A DNA stretch of 64,000 bases from Methylobacter sp. (GCA_030655535.1 JAURVK010000068.1:7316-71315), one strand, 5' to 3'. Positions 41,913-52,371 are shown, counted from the stretch's first letter. Translations and numbers: made by a program. The notes: generated from the sequence alone by a model not told the origin.

Positions 41913-43729
41913 ATATAGCCGAGTTTCATTTTATCAGGCCGTACTGGCTATTGGCCGGCTTACCTTTTCTGGCGATATTGGTGTTAATGCTCAGAAACAA
42001 GCTAAGTCAGGGCAACTGGTCGGCAGTATGCGACGCCGCATTATTGCCGTATCTGTTGCAGGAAAAGCCGGGCAAGCAAAGCCGTTGGCCGTTAACAGCC
42101 GGAGCCATCGCCGCCCTGTTGGCGATTATTGCGCTGGCCGGGCCAACCTGGGAACGATTGCCGTCGCCGGTATTTAGAAACGATTCGGCGCTGGTCATTG
42201 CGCTGGATTTATCCCGTTCCATGGATGCTGCCGATATTAAACCCAGTCGTTTGATTATGGCGCGTTACAAAATCGCCGATATGCTAAAGCAGCGCAAAGA
42301 CGGCCAGACCGCATTGCTGGTTTATGCCGGCGACGCGTTTACCGTTACGCCGCTGACCGATGATACCCAGACCATAGACAGCCAGTTGTCGGCATTAAAT
42401 ACCGACATTATGCCCAGTCAGGGCAGTAATGTTACGTCGGCATTGGACAAAGCCGTTGAATTGTTCAAGCAGGCCGGCCTGCAAAAAGGCCGGATCTTGT
42501 TGGTTACCGATGGTGTTGATGTGGATAAAACCTTGCCCGCAGTAAAATTATCGGATAAATACCGCTTGTCGATATTGGGCGTCGGAACCGATGACGGCGC
42601 ACCGGTAGCGCTGCCTGAAGGCGGATTTCTTAAAGATGGGGAAGGTACTATAGTGGTGCCCAAATTAAATTCCCATGAGTTATCGAAGCTGGCGCAGGCA
42701 GGCAACGGCATTTATCAAACCATAACGACAGATGACACCGACATTCAAACCATACAGGCGACCCTGGATAGACCGGTAAAGCAGTCTGGCAACGAAAACA
42801 ACAACTTATTATTGGATCAATGGGCGGATAAAGGCCCCTGGTTATTATTGCTGGTTTTGCCGCTGGCCGCGTTGACGTTCAGAAAAGGCCTGTTATGTTT
42901 TGCCTTATTGCTGATCTTGCCCTTGCCTAAAAACAGTTATGCGTTGGGCTGGCGGGATTTATGGCAGACCAAGGACCAACAGGCGCAACAGGCTTATAAA
43001 AAGCAGGATTTTGCCAAGGCGGCGGAGCAATTTGAAAACCCGGATTGGAAGGCGGCTGCAGAATTTAAAGCTGGGCAACAAGAGTTAGGTGAATTGAAGA
43101 CTCCAAAAACAGCGGTTGGTTTTTATAATCAAGGCAATGTGTTGGCTAATTCCAACAGATATGAAGAAGCTATAAAGGCTTATGATGAAGCTTTGAAAAG
43201 GGCTACTGACCGACAGCTTATCGAAGATGCTAAAGCTAATAAGGACATCGTAGAAAAAGCACTGGAAAAACAAAAAGAAGAGCAAAAGAAACAAGATCAG
43301 CAAAAAAAGGATAATAAACAACAATCCAAGGGCGATTCCCAGCAAAACAAGGAGGGCGAACAATCGGAAAAATCCGACGAACAGAAACCGGATCAAAATA
43401 AAACCGAGGAAAAGCCCGAACAAAAGCCGGAGCAGAAGCAATCGGACAAACAACAGTCTGAAGAAAAGCAGCAGCAAGATAAAGCCGAGCAAAAAAAGCC
43501 GGAAGCCGAAAAGCCCCAGCAAGCCGAGCAGGGCAAAGACGAAGCCAAGAAGGAGCAAGCCAAACAACAAGCGCCTGTTAACGCCGAGCCATCGGATGAA
43601 CAACAGCAAGCCAACGAACAATGGCTCAAAAGAATTCCCGACGATCCTGCCGGCTTGTTAAAACGTAAATTTAAATACCAATACGGGCAGCGAGGTCGTC
43701 AAACAACGGGCGATGCCGACGGTTGGTAG
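41909..43729 (+). CDS. VWA plus TPR protein (BatB/BatC-like) with Q/K/E-rich linker
   Basis: DLSRSM, TDG, YNQGNVLA TPR and WLKRIPDDPAGLLKRKF. Confidence 0.9.
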   Translation: MNIAEFHFIRPYWLLAGLPFLAILVLMLRNKLSQGNWSAVCDAALLPYLLQEKPGKQSRWPLTAGAIAALLAIIALAGPTWERLPSPVFRNDSALVIALDLSRSMDAADIKPSRLIMARYKIADMLKQRKDGQTALLVYAGDAFTVTPLTDDTQTIDSQLSALNTDIMPSQGSNVTSALDKAVELFKQAGLQKGRILLVTDGVDVDKTLPAVKLSDKYRLSILGVGTDDGAPVALPEGGFLKDGEGTIVVPKLNSHELSKLAQAGNGIYQTITTDDTDIQTIQATLDRPVKQSGNENNNLLLDQWADKGPWLLLLVLPLAALTFRKGLLCFALLLILPLPKNSYALGWRDLWQTKDQQAQQAYKKQDFAKAAEQFENPDWKAAAEFKAGQQELGELKTPKTAVGFYNQGNVLANSNRYEEAIKAYDEALKRATDRQLIEDAKANKDIVEKALEKQKEEQKKQDQQKKDNKQQSKGDSQQNKEGEQSEKSDEQKPDQNKTEEKPEQKPEQKQSDKQQSEEKQQQDKAEQKKPEAEKPQQAEQGKDEAKKEQAKQQAPVNAEPSDEQQQANEQWLKRIPDDPAGLLKRKFKYQYGQRGRQTTGDADGW

Positions 43730-43947
43730 GCGGTTTTCTTAAAATATCGGTTGATTAATCTAAATGATGTTTCAATCCACACCCGACCTCATCCGTCGAG
43801 TGACAACCGCCGACGGATAGAGGTCGGTGGATTGTTTCTCCCCGTGAACGAGGAGGTTACCAAAAAAGGATAATGATGCCGGTGCATCGTTGTCAAATTC
43901 AAATAATCCCCCTGAAGGGGGAGGATTCAGACCAGCGAAGAAATTTG

Positions 43948-45645
43948 ATGAACATGAACGCTATAAAAAAAATATTCTTTCTTCTGTTACTGTTGAGTTT
44001 TGTGCCTGCCAACGTACTTGCAGCGCAAATCAGCGTGTCGTTCGATCGTAACCCGGTTAGTGTTAATGAATCCTTCCAGATCATTTTTACGGCCAATGAC
44101 ACGCCGGATAAAGACCCCGATTTCACCCCGCTGGAACAGGATTTCGAGATACTCGGTCAAAGCCAGAGTAGCAATTCGTCATGGATTAACGGACAGTCCA
44201 GCAGAACCATACAGTGGACGCTTAACGTGATGGCCAAACATTCCGGCAGTCTGATTGTTCCGGAGCTGAAGTTTGGCGATGATGTCAGTCAGTCGGCAAC
44301 CATTCTGGTTACTGAGGCGACGGCCAATAAAGCCGTCGATACCGACGACGATTTGTTTCTGGAGGTTGAGGCGAACCCTCAAAGCCCCTATGTGCAATCC
44401 CAGGTTCTGTTTAGCGTGCGCTTATATAGAAGAGTGGAAATCACTCAGGCCGCTTTGAATGAGCCGGAACTGGGCGAAGCAGTGATTGAAAAGCTGGGCG
44501 ATGACAGTAATTACAATACCCGGATCAACGGGGTGAATTACCTGGTTACCGAGCGCAAGTATGCGATTTTTCCGCAAAAAAGCGGTTCTGTGACCATCAA
44601 GCCGCTGGTATTAACCGCAGAGGTTGTGGCTAATAGCCGTCCGAATTTTAACGGCTTTTTTAACTCCCAGACGACTCGAACCAAAAAGATTTTATCCAGA
44701 TCGGTGACGCTGGAGGTGAAACCGGTTCCGGCAACTTTTACCGGACAGCATTGGCTTTCGGCGGAACAACTGGTGTTAAAAGAAGAATGGTCGGGCGATA
44801 ACCAGCAAATGAAAGTCGGCGAACCGTTGACTCGAACCTTGACGCTGTTGGCAAAAGGCACGACAGTCGGCCAATTGCCCGAGCTAAATGTTGGGAAAAT
44901 TGACGATCAGTTGAAAACCTATCCCGATCAGCCGGTATTGCGAGAGCAGAAGAAACCGGATGGGTTGATTGCTTTCAGGGAAGAAAAAATTGCCGTCATT
45001 CCATCTAAAGCGGGATTCTATAAATTACCGGCGATAGAAATTCCCTGGTTTAACAGTCAAAGTCAAAAGATCGAAGTCGCCAAAATCCCGGAAACCACGA
45101 TTACGGCGCTTGGCACGACGAAAGTCCAGCCAGCTCCGGCGGTGCCGACTGCTCCGACCGTATTGCCGCCGCAAAAAATCGAAACGGTGCCGATGACTCA
45201 GCCCCAACAACAAAACATTTGGCTATGGATTGCGGCATTTTTGGCGGCCGGTTGGTTGGCGACATTGGCTTATTTTTTGATCAAGCGTCCGGCTAAAAAA
45301 CCGGTAGTGGAAAAAAACGAGCTGGAAATAGGTTTGGAAGCTAGCGTAAAAAATCTGAAAAAAGCCTGTGCCGATAATAATGCCGTAGCGGCCAAAGATG
45401 CCTTGCTGGCATGGGGACGACAAAAGTATAGGGATGGTGTGTATGCCGCCAGCCTGGGTGCAATCGCCGCAGAAAGCGATGCCCGGTTAAGGGATGAGAT
45501 CCTGCATTTGAACCGGGTTTTATATGGCAAGGGCGCAGATCAGTGGCAGGGGAAAAAACTGTTTCAGGCATTTGTTGAAAATAAAGCCAGAGAAAAAATA
45601 GCGGTTGCGGACGATGATAAATTGGAACAGCTTTATCGTTTGTGA
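43948..45645 (+). CDS. BatD-family protein
   Basis: Signal peptide after MNMNAIKK, Ig-like repeats and a C-terminal TM; operon context. Confidence 0.88.
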   Translation: MNMNAIKKIFFLLLLLSFVPANVLAAQISVSFDRNPVSVNESFQIIFTANDTPDKDPDFTPLEQDFEILGQSQSSNSSWINGQSSRTIQWTLNVMAKHSGSLIVPELKFGDDVSQSATILVTEATANKAVDTDDDLFLEVEANPQSPYVQSQVLFSVRLYRRVEITQAALNEPELGEAVIEKLGDDSNYNTRINGVNYLVTERKYAIFPQKSGSVTIKPLVLTAEVVANSRPNFNGFFNSQTTRTKKILSRSVTLEVKPVPATFTGQHWLSAEQLVLKEEWSGDNQQMKVGEPLTRTLTLLAKGTTVGQLPELNVGKIDDQLKTYPDQPVLREQKKPDGLIAFREEKIAVIPSKAGFYKLPAIEIPWFNSQSQKIEVAKIPETTITALGTTKVQPAPAVPTAPTVLPPQKIETVPMTQPQQQNIWLWIAAFLAAGWLATLAYFLIKRPAKKPVVEKNELEIGLEASVKNLKKACADNNAVAAKDALLAWGRQKYRDGVYAASLGAIAAESDARLRDEILHLNRVLYGKGADQWQGKKLFQAFVENKAREKIAVADDDKLEQLYRL

Positions 45646-45747
45646 TTAGAACGACCAAAGCCGGCTTTGGACTCCAACCATCACAAATGCAGGAGTGCAA
45701 AGCTTGCTTTGCAATTTAATAGGTGCAGGTCCAGCATTTTCGGCGAA

Positions 45748-46299
45748 TTACAATGCCTTAAAATATTCCAGCGCCATAAACAGCGCGGCAATTGAACGGG
45801 CTTCGGTACATTCGCCGGTAGATAATAATGCATTGATATTGTTCAATTTCCAGGGAATCACTTCCAGCTCTTCCGGTTCGTCGCCTTCCAGTTTTTCGGC
45901 ATATAAATCCTGGGCAAGCACAATCTCGGTCATGTGTTCCAGATAGGACGGTGCGATCGAAAAAGAGCTTAAATGATGCAGGCTTCTGGCGCCAAAGCCG
46001 ACTTCTTCTTTCAGTTCCCGGTTTGCGGCATCCAGAAAAGATTCCCCTGCATCGGTTTTACCCTTGGGTAAGCCCAATTCATAACGATGCACGCCGGCGG
46101 AATATTCCCTGATTAACAATACCGTTTCCGCATCCAGCATCGGCACAATCAGTACGGCACCGCCACCGGGATTACCACGAGCCAGGCGTTCGTAGTTGCG
46201 CAGTTCGCCATTGCTGAATTCAATATCCAGCGATTCGATGCGAAATAACCGGCTGGTGGCGATGGTGGTTTTGTTAAGGATGATCGGTTTTTGGCTCAT
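45748..46299 (-). CDS. nudE: ADP-compounds hydrolase NudE
   Basis: Nudix box ANRELKEEVG, LEGDEPE and EARSIAAL; divergent from yrfG. Confidence 0.92.
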   Translation of the reverse strand: MSQKPIILNKTTIATSRLFRIESLDIEFSNGELRNYERLARGNPGGGAVLIVPMLDAETVLLIREYSAGVHRYELGLPKGKTDAGESFLDAANRELKEEVGFGARSLHHLSSFSIAPSYLEHMTEIVLAQDLYAEKLEGDEPEELEVIPWKLNNINALLSTGECTEARSIAALFMALEYFKAL

Positions 46300-46341
46300 T
46301 GTGTTATTTTATGAAATATTTTTTTGTAAATATAACGCACT

Positions 46342-47013
46342 ATGATGATTGATTGGAAGATGGATTGGAACAAGGTTGACACTGTGTTGCTGGATATGGA
46401 TGGCACGCTGCTGGATTTGAATTTTGATAATCATTTCTGGAAGGAGTTTGTACCGCTTAAGTTTGCCGAAAAACAGGGCTTGTCGATAGAAGCCGCAAAG
46501 CGGCAGTTGGAGCCGCGCTTTAAAAGTATGGAAGGCAAGCTGGAATGGTATTGTCTGGATTACTGGAGCGAGGTTTTAGCGCTGGACATTGCCGGATTGA
46601 AAGCGGAAATTTCCGGGTTGATTGCCGTATTGCCGCATGTCATGGAGTTTCTGGAAAAAGCCCATCAATCGCCCAAAAAAGTGTATTTAGTCACCAATGC
46701 GCATCGGGGCAGTCTGGGACTTAAAATGGAAAAAACCTGCTTGCAGGCGTTTTTCGACGGCATCATCAGTTCCCATGATCTGGGCTATCCGAAGGAACAT
46801 GCCGAGTTTTGGCGGTTGTTGCAACAGCGTGTCCCGTTTGAAAAGCAAACCGCAGTGTTGATCGATGATAGTCTGGCGGTACTCAATTCCGCCAAGCGGT
46901 TCGGTATAGCGCATTTAATTTCGGTGAGCAGGCCCGACACCCGGCAGCCTAAAAAAGAAATAACCGCTTATCCTGCCATTGAGGATTTCCGGGAGTTGAT
47001 GGCTGGTCTGTAG
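46342..47013 (+). CDS. yrfG: GMP/IMP nucleotidase (HAD family)
   Basis: LLDMDGTLLDL.FDNHFW and WYCLDYW motifs. Confidence 0.9.
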   Translation: MMIDWKMDWNKVDTVLLDMDGTLLDLNFDNHFWKEFVPLKFAEKQGLSIEAAKRQLEPRFKSMEGKLEWYCLDYWSEVLALDIAGLKAEISGLIAVLPHVMEFLEKAHQSPKKVYLVTNAHRGSLGLKMEKTCLQAFFDGIISSHDLGYPKEHAEFWRLLQQRVPFEKQTAVLIDDSLAVLNSAKRFGIAHLISVSRPDTRQPKKEITAYPAIEDFRELMAGL

Positions 47014-47166
47014 GTTGGTTTACAGACATTGACTTTAATGTCAACACGAAGTTCACGAAGAAGAAGCTTAACTATTCAGCGTTCCATTGTATTTGATGGT
47101 TGTAAAGCAAAGTAAAAACTTCGTATCTAAGCAATTGCTCCTGCACCCATACAGTCGTAATTTGAT

Positions 47167-48480
47167 TTACGCGTTTTTGTTGTGATGAGGACGCTTCCCC
47201 TGATATTCGCTTTTGATTCTTTCAGGTCTTTTTTCCGGCTTTACAATTTCGGCCAACAGGTCGGCTGTAATGGGTAGCACCGGAATTTTCTGGCCAATGT
47301 ATTCCTCGATATCCGGCATTGAATAGGCGTATTGTTCACAGATAAAACTGATCGCGACACCGCTGGCGCCAAAACGCGCCGTGCGACCGATTCTGTGTAC
47401 ATAATCTTCGACATCCTGCGGCAGATCGTAATTAAACACATGAGAAACATCGGCAATATGCAGGCCCCTGGCCGCAACATCGGTGGCAATCAACAGGGCG
47501 ATTTTGTTTTCCTGAAAATCGCTTAACAAGCGCTGGCGTTTGTCTTGCGGGACATCACCGCTGAGCGCGGCAGTTTTGTAGCCGTTAGCGTTGAGGGTGT
47601 CATCGAGCCGTTCGGCACAGCGCTTGGTGTTAACGAAAATAATGCTGCGCTGCGGCTGATGCTGATTCAATATGCCGACCAATAAAGGGATTTTTTGCTC
47701 ATTCGAAGGACAAAATGCGCTTTGTTGTATGGCTTTAGAGGTGACTTCTTCGGTTTCGATGCGAATCAACACCGGATTGTTCATGTGCTCATAAGCCAGC
47801 TCGGTGACTTTGTAGGATAAAGTCGCCGAGAACAGCATATTCAAGCGCTGATCCGGCGACGGCATACGGCGCAATAAAAAACGGATGTCTTTAATAAAAC
47901 CCAAATCGAACATGCGGTCGGCTTCATCCATTACCGTGACTTGCACATTATCCAAGGTGAACGCATTTTGCCGGTAAAAGTCGATGATGCGGCCGGGTGT
48001 GCCGATGATAATGTCGACATTGGACTTTAGGCTGTCCAATTGTTTTTGGTAGTCGGTGCCGCCGTAAATCAGCGCCAGTTTAAGATTAAGATGCTTGCCC
48101 AGTTGCAAGGCATCCTTGTGGATCTGAATGGCTAGCTCGCGGGTTGGTGCGAGAATAATAGCTCTGGGATTGTTGCCTTTGTTGCTTTTGGCAACGACTT
48201 TGACCGCAGGTGCTTCGGCATCGATGTCGACGGTTTCAAGCTCTGAATCGTCGGCGTCATCATTAATTAAATACTGAAAAGTAGCCAGCAAAAAAGCGGC
48301 GGTTTTGCCGGTTCCGGTTTGGGCTTGCCCCGCAACATCCTTGCCTCGTAAGGATAAGGGTAGGGCCTTTTTTTGGATCGGGGTGCAGTGATCAAAGCCG
48401 GCATCTTTTAAGCTGCGCAGGACGGAATCAGACAATTCAAGATTGCTGAAGCGGGTTTGGGTTAAATGTGTATTATTCAT
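47167..48480 (-). CDS. rhlB: DEAD-box RNA helicase RhlB
   Basis: AQTGTGKT, DEADRMFDLGF and HRIGRT motifs; divergent from trxA-rho. Confidence 0.93.
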   Translation of the reverse strand: MNNTHLTQTRFSNLELSDSVLRSLKDAGFDHCTPIQKKALPLSLRGKDVAGQAQTGTGKTAAFLLATFQYLINDDADDSELETVDIDAEAPAVKVVAKSNKGNNPRAIILAPTRELAIQIHKDALQLGKHLNLKLALIYGGTDYQKQLDSLKSNVDIIIGTPGRIIDFYRQNAFTLDNVQVTVMDEADRMFDLGFIKDIRFLLRRMPSPDQRLNMLFSATLSYKVTELAYEHMNNPVLIRIETEEVTSKAIQQSAFCPSNEQKIPLLVGILNQHQPQRSIIFVNTKRCAERLDDTLNANGYKTAALSGDVPQDKRQRLLSDFQENKIALLIATDVAARGLHIADVSHVFNYDLPQDVEDYVHRIGRTARFGASGVAISFICEQYAYSMPDIEEYIGQKIPVLPITADLLAEIVKPEKRPERIKSEYQGKRPHHNKNA

Positions 48481-48521
48481 AGTGCATAGCATAACGTAAA
48501 AATCAAATCAGCTGAAATTGA

Positions 48522-48550
48522 TTGACTCCCAGCTTCATCCCTCCTATAGT
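48522..48550 (+). promoter_or_regulatory. Sigma70 promoter of trxA
   Basis: TTGACT-17 nt-TATAGT. Confidence 0.6.
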
Positions 48551-48559
48551 TTTGGTTTC

Positions 48560-48607
48560 CGGCAACCGCTCCCTGCGTTGCCCTACTTCCTGCATCCGTG
48601 CAGTCGT
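48560..48607 (-). repeat. Two-hairpin mini-element in the trxA 5' leader
   Basis: Reverse complement ACGACTGCACGGATGCAGGAAGTAGGGCAACGCAGGGAGCGGTTGCCG matches 49064-49110. Confidence 0.85.
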
Positions 48608-48626
48608 AATTTTTTGGAGAAATAGT

Positions 48627-48953
48627 GTGAGCGATTCAGTCCTTCATGTAAGCGATAGTGAATTTAACGAAGCTGTTATTAAAGCGGCGGGGCCAGTACT
48701 GGTTGATTATTGGGCTGAATGGTGCGGACCGTGCAAAATGATTGCACCGATTCTGGATGATATTGCCAAAGAATATACGGGCAAACTGACCGTTGTAAAA
48801 TTAAACATAGACGAAAATCCGGAAACTCCTCAACACTACGGTGTACGCGGCATTCCAACATTGATGCTGTTCAAAGACGGCGAAGTGGAAGCGACTAAAG
48901 TGGGCGCATTGTCAAAATCGCAACTTGCCGCCTTTCTTGACAGCAACATATAA
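48627..48953 (+). CDS. trxA: Thioredoxin
   Basis: WCGPC; GTG start after SD GGAGA; 108 aa. Confidence 0.97.
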   Translation: MSDSVLHVSDSEFNEAVIKAAGPVLVDYWAEWCGPCKMIAPILDDIAKEYTGKLTVVKLNIDENPETPQHYGVRGIPTLMLFKDGEVEATKVGALSKSQLAAFLDSNI

Positions 48954-48956
48954 AAC

Positions 48957-49185
48957 ATGACCTCCACGGACAGATATTTGCTCCTGCATTACCCTACTAC
49001 ACGCCATTCATGGCGTTATGCAATATCTGCATTGCCTACAGGATGTAGGTAAGGGGCGTGAGCACGACTGCAAGGATGCAGGAGGTAGAGCAACGCAGGA
49101 GCAGTTGCCGAGGAGCGGAAGCTTTCCCCGCATCCCTGTGGGTTATGGAGCGAATGCAGAATGATTGCCGGGAGCAATCACTGCC
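48957..49185. mobile_element. Nest of five mini-elements between trxA and rho
   Basis: Removing the inner segments restores copies of elements found at 61169-61213, 61904-61999 and 61917-61965. Confidence 0.8.
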
Positions 49186-49188
49186 CCC

Positions 49189-49226
49189 TACTCAGCCCGT
49201 CATAAAATATTGGACGGGGCTGAGTA
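49189..49226. terminator. Hairpin upstream of rho (terminator/attenuator-like)
   Basis: TACTCAGCCCGTC...GACGGGGCTGAGTA. Confidence 0.45.
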
Positions 49227-49362
49227 CTTGAGTTACACTTATGCGGTGTGCTAATCACGCGCACCCAATCATATCGTCCGATAAACTACACCCCTGAATT
49301 ATAATCCTGTCCTAGTCGTTGCGGTTTAACACCGTAGTTACTTTTCCTTGAGTTGTCCTTTT

Positions 49363-50619
49363 ATGAATCTAACTGAGTTAAAACTAAAACAAATAAGTGA
49401 AGTTATTGAAATCGCCGAGTCCCTTGGGCTTGAAAATGTAGCCAGATCGCGAAAGCAGGATTTGATTTTCGCCATCCTGAAAAAACAGGCGAAAGCCGGC
49501 GACGATATATCAGGCGATGGTGTGCTGGAAATTTTACAGGATGGTTTTGGTTTTTTGCGTACGCCGGGCTGTTCTTATTTAGCGGGTCCAGACGATATTT
49601 ATGTTTCGCCCAGTCAAATCAGACGATTTTCTTTAAAGACAGGCGATACGATTAGCGGAAAGATCAGACCGCCCAAAGATAACGAACGTTATTTCGCGAT
49701 GCTCAAGGTTGACCAGATCAATTTTGAACCTCCGGAAAATACCAAAAACAAAATCACCTTCTCAAACCTGACTCCCTTATTTGCCAAACAAAGATTCGTC
49801 CTTGAACAGGGCAACGGCACCAGCGAAGATTTGACCGGACGGATGATCGATTTGATCGCCCCCATCGGAAAAGGTCAACGCGGTTTGATCGTATCGCCGC
49901 CTAAAGCCGGTAAAACCATGATCCTGCAAAGCCTGGCCCAGGCGATTGCAGAACAAAATCCCGAGTGTTATCTGATTGTCTTGTTAATCGACGAACGTCC
50001 CGAAGAAGTCACCGAAATGGAGCGCTGCGTTCGCGGCGAAGTCATTTCCAGCACCTTTGACGAACCGGCAACTCGGCACGTACAGGTTGCAGAAATGGTC
50101 ATCGAAAAGGCGCGTCGATTGGTCGAACATAAACACGATGTAGTCATTTTGTTAGACTCGATTACGCGTCTGGCCCGAGCTTATAACACTGTTGTGCCTT
50201 CATCGGGCAAGATATTGACCGGCGGTGTCGACGCCAATGCGTTGGAAAAACCGAAACGTTTCTTCGGTGCGGCGCGAAATATTGAAGAAGGCGGCAGCCT
50301 GACGATTATTGCCACGGCGCTGGTTGATACCGGATCAAGAATGGACGAGGTTATCTATGAGGAATTCAAGGGCACCGGCAACATGGAATTGCATCTGGAT
50401 CGCAAGATTGCCGAGAAAAGAATTTACCCGGCGATTAACATTAATCGTTCCGGTACGCGTCGCGAAGAGTATCTGATTGATCCCGATACCCTGCAAAAAA
50501 CCTGGATCTTGCGCAAGATTCTTCAGCCCATGGACGAAACGGCGGCTTCAGAATTTTTGATCGGCAAGCTTAAAGATTTTAAAACCAATGCCGAATTTTT
50601 TGATTCGATGAAGCGGTAG
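49363..50619 (+). CDS. rho: Transcription termination factor Rho
   Basis: MNLTELK, DGFGFLR, PPKAGKT and EFKGTGNME motifs. Confidence 0.98.
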   Translation: MNLTELKLKQISEVIEIAESLGLENVARSRKQDLIFAILKKQAKAGDDISGDGVLEILQDGFGFLRTPGCSYLAGPDDIYVSPSQIRRFSLKTGDTISGKIRPPKDNERYFAMLKVDQINFEPPENTKNKITFSNLTPLFAKQRFVLEQGNGTSEDLTGRMIDLIAPIGKGQRGLIVSPPKAGKTMILQSLAQAIAEQNPECYLIVLLIDERPEEVTEMERCVRGEVISSTFDEPATRHVQVAEMVIEKARRLVEHKHDVVILLDSITRLARAYNTVVPSSGKILTGGVDANALEKPKRFFGAARNIEEGGSLTIIATALVDTGSRMDEVIYEEFKGTGNMELHLDRKIAEKRIYPAININRSGTRREEYLIDPDTLQKTWILRKILQPMDETAASEFLIGKLKDFKTNAEFFDSMKR

Positions 50620-50757
50620 TGTTTCTGCATCATCCATAAACCCCTTAAGTACAAGATAAGACGGTAGCCGAGCGCTCATCGTTATAGCTAGGTTCCGCTG
50701 ATTGCCGAACGCCGGACAAGGAACCGGCGTAAAGGTTTTTTAAGGCAGTTGTGGATA

Positions 50758-50808
50758 GCTGGAGTGCAGGCTTCGCCTGCAAGCGCAAGCAAAGCTTGCA
50801 CTCCGGCT
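50758..50808. repeat. GGAGTGCA-type REP-like doublet
   Basis: GCTGGAGTGCAGGCTTCGCCTGC...GCAAGCAAAGCTTGCACTCC; inverted copy at 11329-11378, half copy near 45691-45712. Confidence 0.8.
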
Positions 50809-50824
50809 GCACTAATGCGTAGCG

Positions 50825-51016
50825 ATGGACGGCGAAGTCTGGATGGGCCGCAACCGCTTTGAAGCCGTTTCCGGCGCAGTGCGTCAACAAACGCCAAATG
50901 ATGTTTTATGGCGGCAGATCCAATATCGCATTTTTGAGCTACCCGATAGCCCGGGTGATTTTTTTGCCCGTATTGTTGAAATGCAGCGCATCACCCAGCC
51001 AGCGTGCCTTGGCTGA
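50825..51016 (+). pseudogene. Fragment of an ATP-dependent DNA ligase (Lig E-like)
   Basis: DGEVWMGRNRFEAVSGAVR...W..I.Y.IFELP resembles motifs III/IIIa of minimal ATP-dependent ligases; N- and C-termini missing. Confidence 0.6.
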
Positions 51017-51052
51017 CGCAGGGTGAGCGAACAAATCGGCTTGTCAAAGCGC

Positions 51053-51325
51053 TCAGCCTTTTGGCGGCACATAGCCTTCCGGCATTTCGTTGTTATCTTC
51101 AAACAGAAACTTGGTTCGTTCTTCTGCCAAAAATTCCCGGGCTTTCGGGTCGAAACTGGCCAATTTCCCTTCGTTAATCAGTATGGTTTGCTTGGCTAAC
51201 CATTCTTTCCAGGCTTGTTTGGAGATTTTTTCAAATATTTCCTGACCTTTTGGCCCCGGAAATGGCGGTGTATCCAAGCCTTCGGTTTCTATTCCCAATT
51301 TTACGCAGTTAACCAGTCTAGTCAT
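51053..51325 (-). CDS. yggX: Fe(II)-trafficking/oxidative damage protection protein
   Basis: [24 protein letters not shown] and PEGYVPP; downstream of mutY. Confidence 0.92.
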   Translation of the reverse strand: MTRLVNCVKLGIETEGLDTPPFPGPKGQEIFEKISKQAWKEWLAKQTILINEGKLASFDPKAREFLAEERTKFLFEDNNEMPEGYVPPKG

Positions 51326-52371
51326 TTTATTCTCGTGTGTGATTGTAACAGCAGCTTAATCGGTGCGGCTAAGCCTAGCTTATTAAGCTGCTCGACTTTA
51401 TACCAGACAGTTTGATTGGCTTCCATCACAAAATTAATAGGGTTATCGGAGCATTGAACCAGTAGCGGCGTGTAGTCCAAATGATAATGGGAAAAGGTAT
51501 GACGTTTGGTTGCCAGTATCCGCTGATCGGCAATAGGAATATTATGGGTCAAGCACCAGTCGTTTGCAGCGGTAATGCTGTCGAATTCCGGCAGACTCCA
51601 CAAGCCGCCCCAGATGCCGGTTGGCGGTCTTTTTTCCAGCAATATTCGGTTGTCGGCATTGCTCAGCATTAAAAAAGTGACTTGTTTAACAGCTTGGATC
51701 TTGGCAGGTTTCCTGGTTGGAAACGCCGAAATATTATCGGCACGTCTGGCCAAACAACCGGCATTAAGCGGGCAGGCCTCACAAGCGGGTTTGTTGCGGG
51801 TACAGAGCGTTGCGCCCAAGTCCATGATAGCCTGGGTGTAATCCGCGACCCGATTTATCGGAGTTAACTTGGCGCTGATTGCCCAGAGTTCTTTGTTGAC
51901 GGCGCTGTTGCCGGGCCAGCCGTCAACGGCTTTAAACCGGGTCAGTACCCGTTTGACATTGCCGTCAAGTATCGGTTGGCTTTTATTAAACGCAATGCTC
52001 AATATGGCTCCTGCGGTTGACCGGCCTATGCCGGGTAATGCGAGCAGTTCATCCAGGGTATCGGGGAAGCGATTTTGTTCGGCAATAAGCTGCGCCGTTT
52101 TGTGCAGGTTACGGGCGCGGGCGTAGTAGCCCAAGCCGGACCATAGATGCAGAACCTCATCGACAGGGGCGTTTGCCAAACTCGCTACATCGGGAAACTT
52201 TTCTATAAAAGTATTGAAGTAAGGGATAACGGTAGCAACCTGGGTTTGCTGCAACATGGTTTCGGAGAGCCAAACGCGGTAAGGCGTAAGGTCTCGTTGC
52301 CAGGGCAGGTCTTTACGGCCGTATTGATCGAACCAGGCGAGAATATTTTGTTGAAAAGCGGATGGACTCAT
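51322..52371 (-). CDS. mutY: A/G-specific adenine glycosylase
   Basis: [22 protein letters not shown], HhH motif and 4Fe-4S cysteines. Confidence 0.96.
   Translation of the reverse strand: MSPSAFQQNILAWFDQYGRKDLPWQRDLTPYRVWLSETMLQQTQVATVIPYFNTFIEKFPDVASLANAPVDEVLHLWSGLGYYARARNLHKTAQLIAEQNRFPDTLDELLALPGIGRSTAGAILSIAFNKSQPILDGNVKRVLTRFKAVDGWPGNSAVNKELWAISAKLTPINRVADYTQAIMDLGATLCTRNKPACEACPLNAGCLARRADNISAFPTRKPAKIQAVKQVTFLMLSNADNRILLEKRPPTGIWGGLWSLPEFDSITAANDWCLTHNIPIADQRILATKRHTFSHYHLDYTPLLVQCSDNPINFVMEANQTVWYKVEQLNKLGLAAPIKLLLQSHTRIK

Noticed and set aside
43260-43620. Q/K/E-rich low-complexity stretch and the Leu/Phe-rich antisense ORF 43085-43621
   Set aside because: This is the normal linker of BatB/C-type proteins; the antisense ORF is its shadow.
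45425-45447. AGGGATGGTGTGTATGCCG in batD as another mini-element remnant
   Set aside because: It resembles the first hairpin and spacer only and lacks the GCAGGAGC stem; it cannot be supported without orthologue alignment.
48522-48626. ORF-track N-terminal extension of TrxA
   Set aside because: It spans the promoter and the mini-element; GTG 48627 with an SD gives the canonical 108 aa.
50749-50758. Isolated DnaA-box-like TGTGGATAG
   Set aside because: A single imperfect match is expected by chance.
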